Below are positions 10,523 through 23,754 of a stretch of 64,000 bases of DNA, piece after piece. The notes under the pieces are model-generated. The model was given only the letters and a program-made list of their open reading frames with translations, made no database searches and was not told the origin of the DNA. A program made the position numbers and the translations under genes. Each line of letters opens with the position of its first letter. The first letter of the stretch is position 1. This DNA is from Amphiscolops sp. MND2022 (lineage: Eukaryota), in the NCBI GenBank assembly GCA_964187785.1, contig OZ076410.1, forward strand, positions 24,924,001 through 24,988,000, written 5' to 3'.

Positions 10523-12364
10523 AAAAGTCTTTTTGTCACCAATGCCCTGTTTCTGAAGAGCAAGAGTAAAAACGTAAATGTGATCAGGGACTGGGGAGAG
10601 ACCTTGGGGACGAGAAGAAAGAAGGACACTGAGTTTGAAGTTATTTTTTGCCTCACGATTGTAGTACAATCAGAAAAAAAGCATTCTTTTTCAACTATGT
10701 TAGTCACTAATGTATTTGTTGTTCTGTTTTGAGACACACTGCGTTTAAAATATAAAAGTGCCTATCAACCCGCTCCAGCACCTACAGGGCCCGTTGGCGG
10801 CCACTGAGTATGCGTAATCTCAATGAAAAGATTGCACTCAGGTGACTTCGATAGCCGTTGGGAGGAAAAACCCGATTTTTGTGTTTTTCACTACTACGTC
10901 TCGTAGAGTGTTTTTCAGCAGACCACCGATGTTATGATGGTCCGACCACTGCGCAAATCGCTTCAGCGAGCCATAGCACGTGTGTATAGTGTGAAAGTGA
11001 GGCCATTACAAAGCACTTTTCGATGCTCAGACAGCGGCAACCGAGTAATTTTTGTGCACATATTGCCAAAATCAGCTGTTTTTTCGTCAAAACGCACGTC
11101 CGAGGAAAACAATCAGAATACCCGCAGGGATTTTTTTAATTAGTACTATTGGGGGTACGACTGGGAAGAAGCCAGTAAGGCCTGCAAAACACAAAAACAA
11201 CGAAGTAACCCAGCAGCTGTCGTGGGTACTGCAATCTTTGGGTGAATGGAAGTAGTGCCGCGAACGACGTCACCTCTTCGTCATAGCTGGTGGGGACCTT
11301 CACTCCGCGTCCTCACAGTTCCCATACATGGCAAAGAAGCTGGAATGAGCCCACAAAACCCTTTAAAACATAATCCGGTTAAGCCGGATGGTTAATCTCC
11401 ACAAGAATGAAAAGTGTCAAAACGGTACTTTGCTATTAAACGGTTATTTCTCATCCCAGACCTCGGAAATACGCAGGAAACGCAGGAATTCTGTTAGAAG
11501 AAAGGTCACAAAGCTAGATAAAAGCAATAAAAACAATCTAGGACCCTCCAATTAGTTTTCCTAAATCCGGACCTAACTTGCCGGAAAGCAGGAAAAACTC
11601 CTATTTTGACGCAAAGGTGGAAAAATTCTTTTGTTGGGCGCCATAAAAACTATTCTAGATGTAACGTCAGGCTAGTCAAAGGAACATCAAAGAAGTGGGA
11701 CAATGCCTAGATTGCTTGAACAGGAGACCAGTACTTACTACAACCTAGACATTAGTATATATCCCAAAAAGGTCTCCTGAAATGGACTATTCCATTCGTC
11801 TAAGGAAGCTCCTCAGTTAGAGCTCAAAGGCGACGTGCAGGCGCTCTCAAAGTCCGAACACGCCCCACAAGTCTGTAAAAACAAATCCAGGGGTTCCTGT
11901 GTGTTCCTACATACCTCGGAGGTCCAAATGGTGTTTAGCCAAAGTACATTATATTAAATGAATAACGTCTAAAACAAACAAAAGTAGGGGTCAAACATCA
12001 CCAAATATCTGCAAAAACCACAAATACGGTACAACAGACTGAGGAAGCATCAGGCGTCAGTGTCAGCTAGTCTTGGACCGGCTAGGTGTCACATTCAAAA
12101 TATGCAAACTTCTGAGTTTCTCTATCGCTTGGGCCATTCTTCGGGTTCCGCTGGTAGCTGGGACGTCATCCGAGGGGGATGGCACCACCCGGCGATTTCG
12201 GGGATTTTTCTATGGCGGGGTGTTCTCTCTCGGACTGGGTGGGGTTGTTTTTTGTGTGCGTTTTTTCGCTTCTTCCACGATTTTCGGTACCTGCGTGGTC
12301 GGCTATTTTGAATCGCGCATTTCAAATATTTAATCGAAATTTTGTAATTTTCGTTCGCCGACTG

Positions 12365-12892
12365 CTGAACGTTACATAAGATTCTTACATGTTCGTGAAA
12401 CCCTTGGTAAGAATCTTGGCAAGATTCTCATCAAAAGCGCCAAGAATATGTACGATCTTACAAGATCTTGCAAAGAGTTTCAGGAGAAAAGCTAACACAA
12501 GTGAATGAAAACAAACAAAAACCCACGCCAACTTCGGCGTTATTAGCGTACGTATTCTACCACGGCTGTTTGCGCTTCCAACTAAGCTATCATGTTCTGA
12601 ATTTTAATACTTTGTGTTGTCTTATATACAATACTTCAAAGAATGATAGTGTAGCTGGTAGTGCGAACAATGGCAAAGTACTAATAACCAAAATTGTTGT
12701 TTATTTTACACGTTCCCTATATTATTTTCTTGACACTCTTGATAAGACTCTTAACAAGATTCCTATCAAGAACTTCAAGAGGTTTTTGTAGAGCAAGAAC
12801 AAACAATGTCTTATCAAGGCTTTCAAGAGTAAACGGGTATATGTAAGAATATTCAAGATCTTGGCTAGTTTCAAGATATTTTGCACTGGGTA
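12365..12892. repeat. Fragment of an AAGATCTT-rich non-autonomous element
   Basis: Many aagatctt/aagattct variants. It ends in gcactgggTA, resembling the cccgggTA end of the 14177-15232 element; no matching left end was seen. Confidence 0.4.
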
Positions 12893-12969
12893 CCGATTTA
12901 TACCATACCAACGCGTGTTAGCCAATGCTGGACCATTCATTTTCCGACAAACAACATTGAGCTGAGGAA

Positions 12970-13600
12970 ATTATGGAAAATTGTTAGCAGCATCGAGAAT
13001 GGCATTGTTTAGACGATGAGCACCACAACCAATAAACTCTTGAGTCCCTCATTGCATTGCCATTGCTTGCTACTCAGAATGTTTTGTCATCATCAGATTC
13101 ATTTCCATGCGCATTATAATCTGAAAAAAGTTACTGCTACGAATCATATCGCTGCAGCTATCCGATTGAAAGCCAAACGCTTACACAGGGTCAAGGGAAA
13201 TGGACGAGAGTATTTCTTCTACTTCAATGGATGCTGTTTCTCCATCAATTCTTCCAACAACTTTAAAACCAACCACTTTATATGTTGTTGCCACTGTTCA
13301 TCGATCCATGAAACTATAACTACGAGAACCTTTTCACCTCCAGTGATCAAGTTGAGTACTGCAAAAACGACAGATTTCACTTTTTCAAGGCTTTTAAATG
13401 CCATTTCATGTAAGTCATCTTCAATTGTAATCTGGAACCTTTTCGTAAGAATCAAACTTTCAAGAAATTTTCTATTTTTCTCTCTGACTATGTTCACTGG
13501 TAGAGTTGTTCGCGCAAATGCACTGGTAATCTTTTCGCTTTGATAGAGTTTGTAATTCCGCCACTCCCCGTTATTTTCAATTGATTTTGATTTTCCTTCA
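12970..13600 (-). pseudogene. Degenerate hAT-superfamily transposase fragment
   Basis: VIVSWIDEQWQQHIKWLVLKLL resembles hAT VTAHWIDxxW. A downstream frame gives QEFIGCGAHRLNNAILDA (hAT CxxH motif). Stops and frameshifts are present. Confidence 0.7.
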
Positions 13601-14176
13601 CCTATTCATTGTATTTTTCATCTTGTAATCTTTTTGAATACGATGTGGCATTGTATAACATGTTGTTTTTCTTGATTTTATTTCAGCGATTTGTTATTTT
13701 CCGACCCACATTTTCAATGGGCGAGGAAAATCATGATCTTTGTTGCGTTTTTTTCCAAATTTTGCCCAAACTCCACCTTATACTAACTCCACTTACTCAG
13801 ACTCCCTACTCAGACTCCCTACTAGAGTAAAAATGGGAATAAGATCTGAAGGGAATAAGATCTAAAATTTCATGATGGGAATAAGATCTAAAGGGAATAA
13901 GATGTAAAATCACTTAATTTTAGATCTTATTCTTTAGATCCTATTCCCCCTCCCAAAATAGCTATGGCTCAGTTAGTGAAGGCCAAAAGGGAGGAAAATA
14001 TCCCAGTGCTTAGCGGGCGTCTTGATTATCAAACCTGTATAACAACATGATTTTCTTCAATAAACTTGGACATTATCTCGATTGAACTCCGTTTAGCGCA
14101 CCTTTCACGGCCCATCGTGATATGGAATACGTCTCTTATTTGACAAAATTTGTAACGCAAATACGGAAATTGTATA

Positions 14177-15232
14177 CCCGGGTCTACCCTCCATGGATAT
14201 CTTAGTAAGATCTTGGCAAGATCTTGCCAAGATCTTGGAAAAATCTTAGCTAAGATCGTGACAAGATATTGCCAAGAATTGCAAGATGCCATGGTAAGAT
14301 CTTATCAAGAGAGCCATGTTTCCAAGAAAAACCTTACTAAGAAGCCGAATATGGCAAGAAAAATCTAACTAAGAAGCCGAATATGGCAAGAAAAAAATTG
14401 CTACGAAGTGCTCGATATCGAGAAAAAGTAGAATCAGAAAACCATTAAATTAAGAGTTATGGAAAAATAATAAAGTTTAGACATCACTCAAAACAAAATT
14501 ACTGAATTATTTTTACAACCATTTCGATATCGATATTGTTCTTTCAATGGCAAAACTATCGCCAACAACGGCGTCAGAAAAGCCTTGAGCTGAATCATTA
14601 CCCAAATTAGAGCAATGACCGCCGTTTCTAGCCGTAATAAGGCTGCTGAAACAGGCTCTAAGAAAGCTGAAAATAAGAATTTTACAAAAATTTCCGGATT
14701 TCAAGGTCTTTCCTTTGTAACTTTCCGATAGTGGGTCTGGACGTTTGAGAGCATATTTCTCCGTCTCTGAAATCGACAGAAGTGATAAATTACAAGTTTT
14801 GGAAAGCCCTTGAAATGACCTTTCATTTGGTACATTCGACAGTTTTCAGACTTAAACAGGTGAGGAGTTATTAGGAATCTCGTCAAAATTTCGGAAGCCA
14901 GAATACGTTATCGTAATTTTTCACACATTTTTGCATGCAAAATTTTTTCAGCAGCTTTAAGCATTTTGATTATGAAAACGAGTAGAAATAGTCGTTGTTG
15001 GGTGAAATGAGCCTTTAGATTAAGTCTCGGCTGCTTGTACCGAAGGTATAGTGTTTTTTTATAATCTTAGAATTTTGTCCATCGTGACAAGACACGATCT
15101 TGGAATATAGTACCATCTTAGTAAGATCTTATTAAGAATCTTGCCATGGGATCCATGGTTGCCAAGATGTAGTAAGAATTTGGCAAGATCTTGCCAAGAC
15201 AACCAAGATCCTAGTAAGAGGGTCAACCCGGG
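14177..15232. mobile_element. MITE of about 1.06 kb with CCCGGG termini, TA target duplication and subterminal AAGATCTT repeats
   Basis: TA|cccgggtctaccctc ... gagggtcaacccggg|TA (15-bp terminal inverted repeat, 2 mismatches). Dense aagatcttg repeats at both ends; no transposase ORF. Confidence 0.75.
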
Positions 15233-16054
15233 TACCTACTACAAAGGAGATACATTGTGTATGTATATTACGCCACTTGTTTTGTTAAATAAGCTGCCAA
15301 TTTGACCAAATCTAATTATCTTGACCTATGGTTTTTGTTGACAAAAAAAACAAAACTAACAACTTATTTAACCAAATTCTTCAACCAGTTGTCATTTACT
15401 TGTTAAACTGGCCATCACTAAGATGCAGAAAGTTCCTTAACCGCTCCTAATGAGGAATTTAATATTGTGCCAAAATTACAAAATAATGTTTCACATGAGT
15501 TAAAAAATAGTTCGGAGTTCAAGTTGAAAATTATACTAATAAAGGTAACTTTTTTCAGCGACTATTTTAATTCCAATAGCCTGAGAGTATAATTAGAGAA
15601 AATTTTGGCTAGTTTTTCTTGGAAAGACTTGGCATTGCTGTTGTCATGCCTCACGCATGAGAATATCAAACAAAGTTGTGATGAACTATCCTGATGAAGC
15701 ATCCTGAAAATAATGAGTAATTACATGTGAAGAAAAAGAATGTAGTCGACTGAACCACATCAAGAAACTTAAACTCAAACATTTCCAATGCATCTTTTAT
15801 ATTGATTTTCTAAATGCATTGGCTCTTTCCAGCCATAATCCATACATTTTCCACATGTATTTAAACAAATTTACAATAGTTATTTGCGCACGTAATGTGG
15901 ATGACACACCATCATCAGATTTCATTTCAATTTCAATGCAGCAGCTATTTGTGCACGTGAAGTGGATGGCACATCATCATCAGATTTCATTTCACTTTCA
16001 ATGCAGTTAACCTCATGATTAATGCGTGTCTTAACTGATGCCTCATACAATGTC

Positions 16055-16168
16055 TGGTTCGGTAAAACGTGACTTTTTAGTAACGTAGAATTGAGAAAGA
16101 GTGAACAAAATCAAAAGGTGAAAGAAGTTAACGGAAAGTTTGAAAGTTTAGACTGAACGGCATGAACA
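16055..16168 (-). repeat. BEL 3' LTR
   Basis: Direct repeat of 22828-22941, preceded on the minus strand by a purine tract. Confidence 0.95.
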
Positions 16169-16183
16169 TTTCCCCGCCCCCTT
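16169..16183 (-). promoter_or_regulatory. Polypurine tract of the BEL element
   Basis: AAGGGGGCGGGGAAA lies immediately before the 3' LTR on the minus strand. Confidence 0.85.
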
Positions 16184-16535
16184 GAACGGGTTCAAACCTC
16201 TTTTCCACTGAAACATTTGGGACAAAGTAGCAATTGCAATACCGCAAAAAAAGATTATTTTTTGGTAAAAGGAAAGTATACTAAGCTTGGTTTGTAGACA
16301 ATCTGAACACTACAGCGGTAAACCAGAGAGAAGAGACCCATTACCCATGATAGTGTACAGCAAGAAGGTATAGGAATCTCGAAAGCAAGGGTCAGCCAGA
16401 AGTAGAATATCCCAAAACTGCGAAGCTTATTTAAAAACTTTTTATTTTTTGTAATTTCGGAAATAAGTAAATGATTACTGATTGTTTTGGTTCGAATGGC
16501 TGTAGTAATTGTTTTCTTCAAGAACAATGTCGCTT

Positions 16536-19500
16536 TCATTTTAGTTGTTGGTTAGAGGCTTTGTCTTCAAGCTGCGGTCTTCGGGTCTTTGTTGCATTGG
16601 GTTTCTTCTTGGTTACTAAGTGTATTTCATTTACCTTTGGGTATTGACTTTCTTTGTGACTTGATTCGTTGTTGCGTTCATCCCACTCCTTTGCTGGCAA
16701 AAACAAAGATAACCGATGAACTGGCCGCACGTAGGATCCTCTTCGGGTCCGGATCTCGACGACGCGCGTGATTTGGTCATTTCCTTGGAAAATTTTAGTG
16801 ACCATGGCCATTGGCCACATCAACGGCGGTGTGTTGTCTTCTTTCAGGAAAACGATGTCCCCATCTGCAAGTTTTGTTGTTCTTCTGTCCACTTCTGTCG
16901 TTGTTGTAGCGTTGTTAGGTATTCTTTAGACCATCGCTTCCAGAAGAAGCTCATGGCGTGTTGTCGTTGTTGAAACCTTCGGACAAGCGATACGTCTGCA
17001 GAATCGAGTAGCTCAATATCGGGAACAGCTAGTAGTGGGCGTTCGATTAGAAGATGAGCTGGCGTGAGAGCAGGAAAGTCGTTGGGATCATTGGATGGAG
17101 CTGTAAGCGGACGAGAATTCATTATGGCTTCGATCTGGTTCAGCAACGTAGTCAATTCTTCGAGGGGTAGCGTAGTTCTTCCAGTTGTTTTCATCAGATG
17201 GCGTTTCAAGGATTTGACTGCTGCTTCCCACAGGCCACCGAAATGGGGAGAACGCGGTGGTATTGTGAGCCATTGTATCTTGTGGTACGCAACAAAGGGT
17301 TCCAGGGCGTGGTTGATCTTCTGTTCAGCTAGCATTCTTTGTAGTTCAAGCTCGCTATGGCTTCCCGTGAAGGTGCGCGAGTTGTCGCTGTAGATTGCTT
17401 GAGGCAACCCACGGCGTGCGAAAAATCGTTGTAGGACGGAGAGGCAGGCTTCCTTCGTAAGTGTTTCAACTGGCTCCAAATGTACGGCTTTTATTGAAAA
17501 GCAAATGAAGATGGCGACATAGACTTTCTTACTTTTCGATTTTGTTGAGATTGGCCCACAGTAGTCGAGTCTGGAGTGGGTGAAGGCTGAGGATGGAGAG
17601 ATGCGTTCTTCGGGTAGATCTCCCATTACCGGCTGGCGTTGGCGGCTGTTGAAACGGGCGCATTGAGGGCATCGTCGAATTGTCGATTGTACAATGCGGG
17701 TACCATTTGGTATCCAGACGGTTTGTCGTAAGGTTGACAAAGTCAGTTGCCAACCTCCGTGGAGGCAATGGAGATGTGTTTCGCGGATCAGTGGTGCGAT
17801 GATAACTGACTGTCGAGGAACAATGACGGGAAACTTGAATCCCAGTTGGTAATTGCTTTTGGCTAGACGGTCACCAACTCGGAGGACTTGGGTTTGTTCG
17901 TCGAAAAACAGAGCAAGGGCTTTTAATGAGCTCTTGCGGGGCAAACGTTTACCTTGACGAAGGATTTCAAATTCCGGTAGATGATATCCTTGGACGGTTC
18001 TGAATATCAAAAGTCTAGCTTTTTCAAGTTAGTCGGCAGATGGGGTTGTTATCGGGTTCGGGAAGGACGGACGGCGAGTTCTTCTTTCTTCTTTCGGCTG
18101 TTTTGTTTGTTTCAAATCGGAAACAAACCGAAGGACGAATGCGAACACCTTCACAAGCTTCTTGAAACTCGAAATTTTGTTCGCGGCCTTTAGAATTGGG
18201 TTGTCGGTGTCCCTTGGGTCTTTGTACCTCCAAGTTTGCGGCTGGGCTGGTTTGCAGGTGACTTGATTTCAGGAGGTTTTATTGGAGATAATGGTTTTTC
18301 TTCTTCTTCTTCTTCGTCTTCTTTTTCTCGTTCGTTTTCATCAACAAGGTGGTTGTTGCTTTCCAGTGTTGTTGTTGAATCGAGATGTGTTGAATCTTCT
18401 TGTTGTTTGCAGGCTGGCAGGCAAACAACCGTATGTAATTCGCCTTTTGTGTTATTGTAAGTTTCGTTGCTTACAATAGTTTGGCGGTAGTTCTCAACAG
18501 CTTGATGAGATCTCTTGGATTCTGTGAGGCTTTCTTTCAGCAGACCTATGTCGTTTCTTGGCCACGCGGTAGCTGGCATGCGCAGCCACTCGGGTCCTTG
18601 CCACCAGAGTTGGTGATCTTTAAGCTGTTGAAGCGACATACCTCTGCTGGCACAGTCAGACGGGTTGGAGTCGGTGGGAACGTGGTTCCATTTTTCTGCT
18701 GGGACTGCGTTTTGGATCTTCGCCACGCGATTGGCGACGAAGGTTTTCCAACGACTCGGATGATTTTTTATCCAAGCCAAAGTGACGGTGGAATTGGTCC
18801 AAGCAAAGACATCAAGATTCGAAAATCTTTCGTCTTCGAGAGCGTTACTGATGGATTGAATCAATTGTGCTCCCAAAAGAGCTGCACAGAGTTCTAGTTG
18901 AGGAACACAAATGGCTTTGATAGGGGCAACTCTGGTTTTGGCCACGAGGAGTTGGCACCTGACGAGTCCTTGAGAGATGGGTTGACGGATGTACACGGTT
19001 GCGGCGTAGGCGGTTGTTGAGGCGTCACAAAAGACGTGAAGTTGTAGAGGTTTTTCTTTGAGAGGCGCATTCTTATGCAGAACGCACCTTGGAATCTGGA
19101 CTTCTTCGAATGACTGAAGATGCTGACGGAGGTTCTGATACTGTTGCGACAAATTCTGATTGAGCGGGTCATCCCAGCTCAATTGATCCAACCAAAGTGC
19201 TTGTATAAATGACTTCAACTGGATGACGATTGGCAAAAGGAGACCCAAAGGGTCGAAAATGCGAGTGACTTCGGATAGAATTTGTCGCTTGGTTTGCGGG
19301 GATCCTTCTTATGGTTTGACGTTGTAGGTGAAGATGTCGTGTTTTGGTTTCCAGACGACGCCAAGTGTTTTGATGTAGTATTCTTCGGTTTCTATGTGCT
19401 TGGTGTCTGCTGTTTCCCGATAGCTTTCGGGAAAGCGATCGACAATTGAAATATCACTTGAGGACCACTTGCGGAGTTGGAAACCAGCTGTGGCAAGACG

Positions 19501-22241
19501 TTCGATGAGAAAATCTTGTAATGCTTTGGCTTCCATCTGAGAGGAAGCGCCGGTTAGTAGGTCGTCGACGTACATGTCGAACTTTAGTGCTAAAGAGGCG
19601 GCAGGGTGCTTGGTTGTCTCGGCTAGCTGTACTAAGGGTCGTATGGCATGAAATCCGGCAGATGTCACACCATACGTGTTGCGAGTCATGCGGTAATGTT
19701 TTAACGGAGATGACGGCGATTCCTTCCACAGCAATCTGTGGAAGTCCTTATCTTCTTTATCGAGGAGTATTTGGCGGTACATTTTGGCGATGTCGGCTGA
19801 CAAAGCCACTTTGTGGAATCGGAATCTGATTAAGATGTCAAAAAGATCCTTTTGGACTTTCGGACCGAGCATCACATCATCGTTGAGTGACACTCCGGAG
19901 GTTGTTTTCGCCGAAGCGTCGTAATCTACACGAAGTTTTGTTTTAGTGCTTGATTCCTTCAGGACGCAGTGGTGAGGTAGGTAGAAGTTTTTGCTGGATT
20001 CAATGGGGATTTCGGAATCCGGGATCTTCTCCATGTGTCCCAGATCCAGGAACTCTTCGATGAAGGCTGTGTATCTGGCGTAGAGACTTTCATCTCTAAT
20101 AAGTCGTCGGAGAAGTGTGTCGAGGCGGCGTTTCGCTTGTTGGAAGGAATCGCCCAGAGGTGTGGCGTTTTCTTTGAAGGGTAGTTCGACAACGAATTGT
20201 CCGTTTTGATTGCGTTTGGTCGTTCTCTGGAAGTGTTCTTCACAGGCTTGTTCTTCTTTGGTGAAGTGGCGACTATGTGGAAGCTCTTCTATCTCCCAAA
20301 TTTTTTCAAGGTATCTTCTGAAATCAACTTCATTGAGCTGAAGCATCTTGTGAGCGATTGAATCGGCATTGAAGGCGAACCTCCAATGACAACCCAACCG
20401 AACAAAGAATTACGGTAGGTTATGTTGTTGTTTTCTTTGATTCGGGCGTCCAGCTTGATTGTTTCATACAGCTCCGCTCCAAGAATGAGGTCAATTCCTG
20501 ATGGTGTATTTAATGTCGGGTCGGCAAGTCTGAGGTTTGGAAGATGCTTCCAAGACGTTGTTGAGACTTTGGATGAAGGCAGGACATTAGTGAGCTTTGA
20601 CATTACAAAGGCTCGCACTGGGATGGCTTTCTCGTTCTTCGGCGTGAGGAGGAAATCAGTGGTTCCCTGATGATGTAGCTCATCCTTGGCGCCCAGGCCA
20701 AAGATTCGCGTTTGATGTTTTCGAAGCGGTAGACCTAGTCGCTTGACTAGATTATCAGTGATCAGGTTGCTTTGTGAACCTGAATCCAAAGGTGCTCGGC
20801 AAAAGGTGGTTTCACTATTTGCCAAGATAGGAATCATTGCTGTTTGCAAGAAGATGTTTGCGGTTCCTTGTTGAGAAAATGAGGTGGCAATGATTTGATT
20901 TTCTTGCGGTGACGGCGTTGTAGCAACAGAAGTTTCTTCAGCGGCGAGAGTCGGGTTGTTGTCTTCAACTGTGTTGTTGACGGATCTAGTTGGTCGAGAT
21001 GATTGCAGATGAAGAAGGGTATGATGCTTCAAGTTGAATTGACGGCAGGTTGTTCCTCTGCAGTCTTGTTGTCGATGACCTGCTTTCAAGCAATTGAAGC
21101 AGAGTTTTTTCAACTTGACAAATTCCGCTCTGTTAGGGACAGTGAGAGCTTTGAACTTTGGGCAGAGATGTAGCTTGTGGAAGCCATTGCAACACTCGCA
21201 TTGGACTTCGGATGTTGCGACGTTGACGTTGTAGCTGCGTTGAGATGATTGTGAATGCTGACTGTTCTGACGAGTTGTAAAGCGGGCTTGTGTTGGAGTT
21301 GAAGTTGGCGGCGTTGAGAGAGTACCTGCTTCCAATGCCTGGCATCTGGCGTCAAGGAATTTCTTGAGGTCGTCGTAGGTCTGAGGTTCTGTTCCAGGAG
21401 TTGAAAGTTCCCAGAATTTTCGTGTTTTTGCTGGCAGTTTCTCTGTTATGAGATATACCAGAAAAACGTCTTGTTGATTGACTGGTTGTCCCATATTTTC
21501 CAGGGCTAGGCGGTGTTCTTCTACTGTTTCCAAAAGTTGTCGAAGGTCTTTGGCTGTTTCCTGAGTGAGTGGCTTCTGGACAGCAATTGCGTGCATATGA
21601 GCGCGCAATATCATGCGGTTGTTTTGGTAGCGGTCTCGTAGCATCTTTAGAGCGACTGTGTAGTTAGCATCAGTGATTGTTACCGATGATAAAAGTTTTG
21701 CTGCGTCGCCCTTCAGAGACGCTTTGAGATATTGTAGTTTTTGGCTGTCGAGAAGTGTCGGGTTGTTGTGAACTGCTCCTTTGAAGAGGTCGAAAAACGA
21801 TGTCCAGGTGAGGTAATCGCCAGAGAATGTCGGCAGGTCCAGTTTGGGTAGCTTTGTTGTTGTTGTTGAAGATGGGGTGCTTCTTGTGGATGACGGTAGA
21901 GACAATGATGTTGAGGTTGATGCAGCTGAAGTGTTGGTTTTGATGAAGCGATCTATTTGATCGAGTTGTTGAACCAACTTGTCATCATATTCTTCCGACT
22001 GTAAGATGTCGTCTTCGAGGGTTGCTTCATCGTCGAACTTAGCTTGGATTTTGGAGTTGAGATCGCTGAGAGAGTTTTGTTTCCTGGCGAGGTTTTTGTG
22101 AAGTTAGTCTAAGCGAATTAGGGCATCCTCAAGGGAAACCGAACGTGTCGGCAGAATCAATGATTCTGCTCCTGTCCAGTATTTTGTGGCGACCGCTTTG
22201 TGAGAAGCACGACTTTTCTTTTGCATTTCAATTTCTGTCAT
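16536..22241 (-). pseudogene. BEL/Pao gag-pol polyprotein, broken by stops and frameshifts
   Basis: Gag KLPKLDLPTFSGDYLTWTSF (DUF1759-like) with Cys/His knuckles; protease LDSGSQ; RT YLPHH, DYDAS, DIAKMYRQI, MYVDDLL; Pao RNase H LHVFCDAS, WWQGPEWL; integrase H..H..C..C, LDYCGP, YSDN, WEAAVKS; DUF5641-like FWKRWSKEYL and WPMAMV. Confidence 0.95.
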
Positions 22242-22809
22242 ATTCTAGCAGGTTGGAGTTTTCTTCGGATTCTTTTTTTTCTTTACTCTAGTTTTTTTTT
22301 GTATTGGATGAATTGAGATTTTTCTGGTAGAAGAGGCGTTGAATACTTTGAAATACTTTGGATATCTTTTTACTACTTTTTTGAATTGCAGTGGATATTT
22401 CTGTGATAATCTTTGAATAGGTCTTTTCAATCTCTGAATAGGCCGAAACTTCGGAAAATCTTTCAATTGGTACTTGTGGAATCTTTGGATACTTCAAAAG
22501 TTTTCGGATCGAGGTTGTTCGTCACGAGAAAAATCTCTGAACTGTAATCTTTTCGGGGAATAGGAAATCCTTTGATGAACGGAATTCTTGACTTTCAATT
22601 CTTGGCGTTTTACTGTTTCAAGTTATCACTTTGCTTTGAACTTTGAATGTTCGAGTAGGAAGGAAAGAAAATGCACTTTTTTGTTTATTGTCCGAAAACT
22701 TAAGAATTCAGAACGTCAGCAGTTTTTTAAATAAGCTCGTTTTGAGGTAATTCAGCAAGCTTATTTTCCAAAAAGCATCGATTCGTTTTTCTTTCAAATG
22801 AGAGTTGTT

Positions 22810-22827
22810 AACGTTGGCCACCAAAAA
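22810..22827 (-). promoter_or_regulatory. Putative primer-binding site of the BEL element (tRNA not identified)
   Basis: TTTTTGGTGGCCAACGTT directly follows the 5' LTR on the minus strand; TGG start is typical of a PBS. Confidence 0.5.
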
Positions 22828-22941
22828 TGGTTCGGTAAAACGTGACTTTTTAGTAACATAGAATTGAGAAAGAGTGAACAAAATCAAAGGGTGAAAGAAG
22901 TTGACGGAAAGTTTGAAAGTTCAGACTGAACGGCATGAACA
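22828..22941 (-). repeat. BEL 5' LTR
   Basis: Direct repeat of 16055-16168. Confidence 0.95.
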
Positions 22942-23754
22942 ATGTCAGCAACGTTACTACATTACAATACAAAAACGAGTATACTAATCAGTGAGTCACG
23001 TAATGAATGCAACGCGACTACATTATATTTCGGTGCAATACCAGATTTAGACTCAAATTGCGCAATTACCAACCAAGGTGCGAATTAACATCATCATAAT
23101 GCTGCGATGTGATTGGTCGATATTGGTCACGTGACCAAAATCGGCGTACTCAATTATAGGCAAAAGAACACACACAGAAGAATTGTGATATCTTGAAGTG
23201 AATTTACTAACTACAGCGATACTCATCAAATTGTAAAAAATTCCTTTCAGTATTAATCCTAAATCAATACTTCGACAATTCAATTTGAACCTTGCAAAAT
23301 TCCAGACTTTTTTAATTCTCAATACAAGATCTCAAACAGCAAAGAAAAACTCAGTAAGGACGAGCGGAATGGATAGATATAAAGATGCTGAAAGTGAAGA
23401 TAGTGTACCTGATGTTCTCACGCGAGATCTATTGAACGAATTTGACAATGGAGACTTGTTACATTACCGAAATGATGCTAAGCGGTATGCCGTAAACTGA
23501 AATGAACAAGCAAATCAGTGAATTGACGAACTTGGTCCTATCTTTGACAGAAAAGATATCCGCTAGCAATAGAGAAGGGAATGGATTAAAGACTGTCTAA
23601 ATGAATACGAGACACGCTCCGACAGCTGTGCAGAGTCAAATTTTGTAGCATTAAAAAATCTACAAAATTAATAAGGATCGATTTCATTCATATTAAACCA
23701 TTGTTTTAGTCCCAGTAAAATTCGATCCTAGTTTGAATACAGGACACGTTCCGA

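Larger units (their letters stand above)
16055..22941 (-). mobile_element. Full-length BEL/Pao LTR retrotransposon (decayed)
   Basis: 114-bp LTRs at 16055-16168 and 22828-22941 (TG...CA on minus, 4 transitions apart). ATGTC target duplication at 16050-16054 and 22942-22946. Gag-PR-RT-RH-IN order. Confidence 0.97.

Noticed and set aside
10142-10737. ORFs of 109-196 aa spanning 10142-10737
   Set aside because: They are artefacts of translating through the N gap.
17064-21355. Numerous short ORFs antisense or off-frame to BEL gag-pol
   Set aside because: They are shadow ORFs of the retrotransposon coding sequence.
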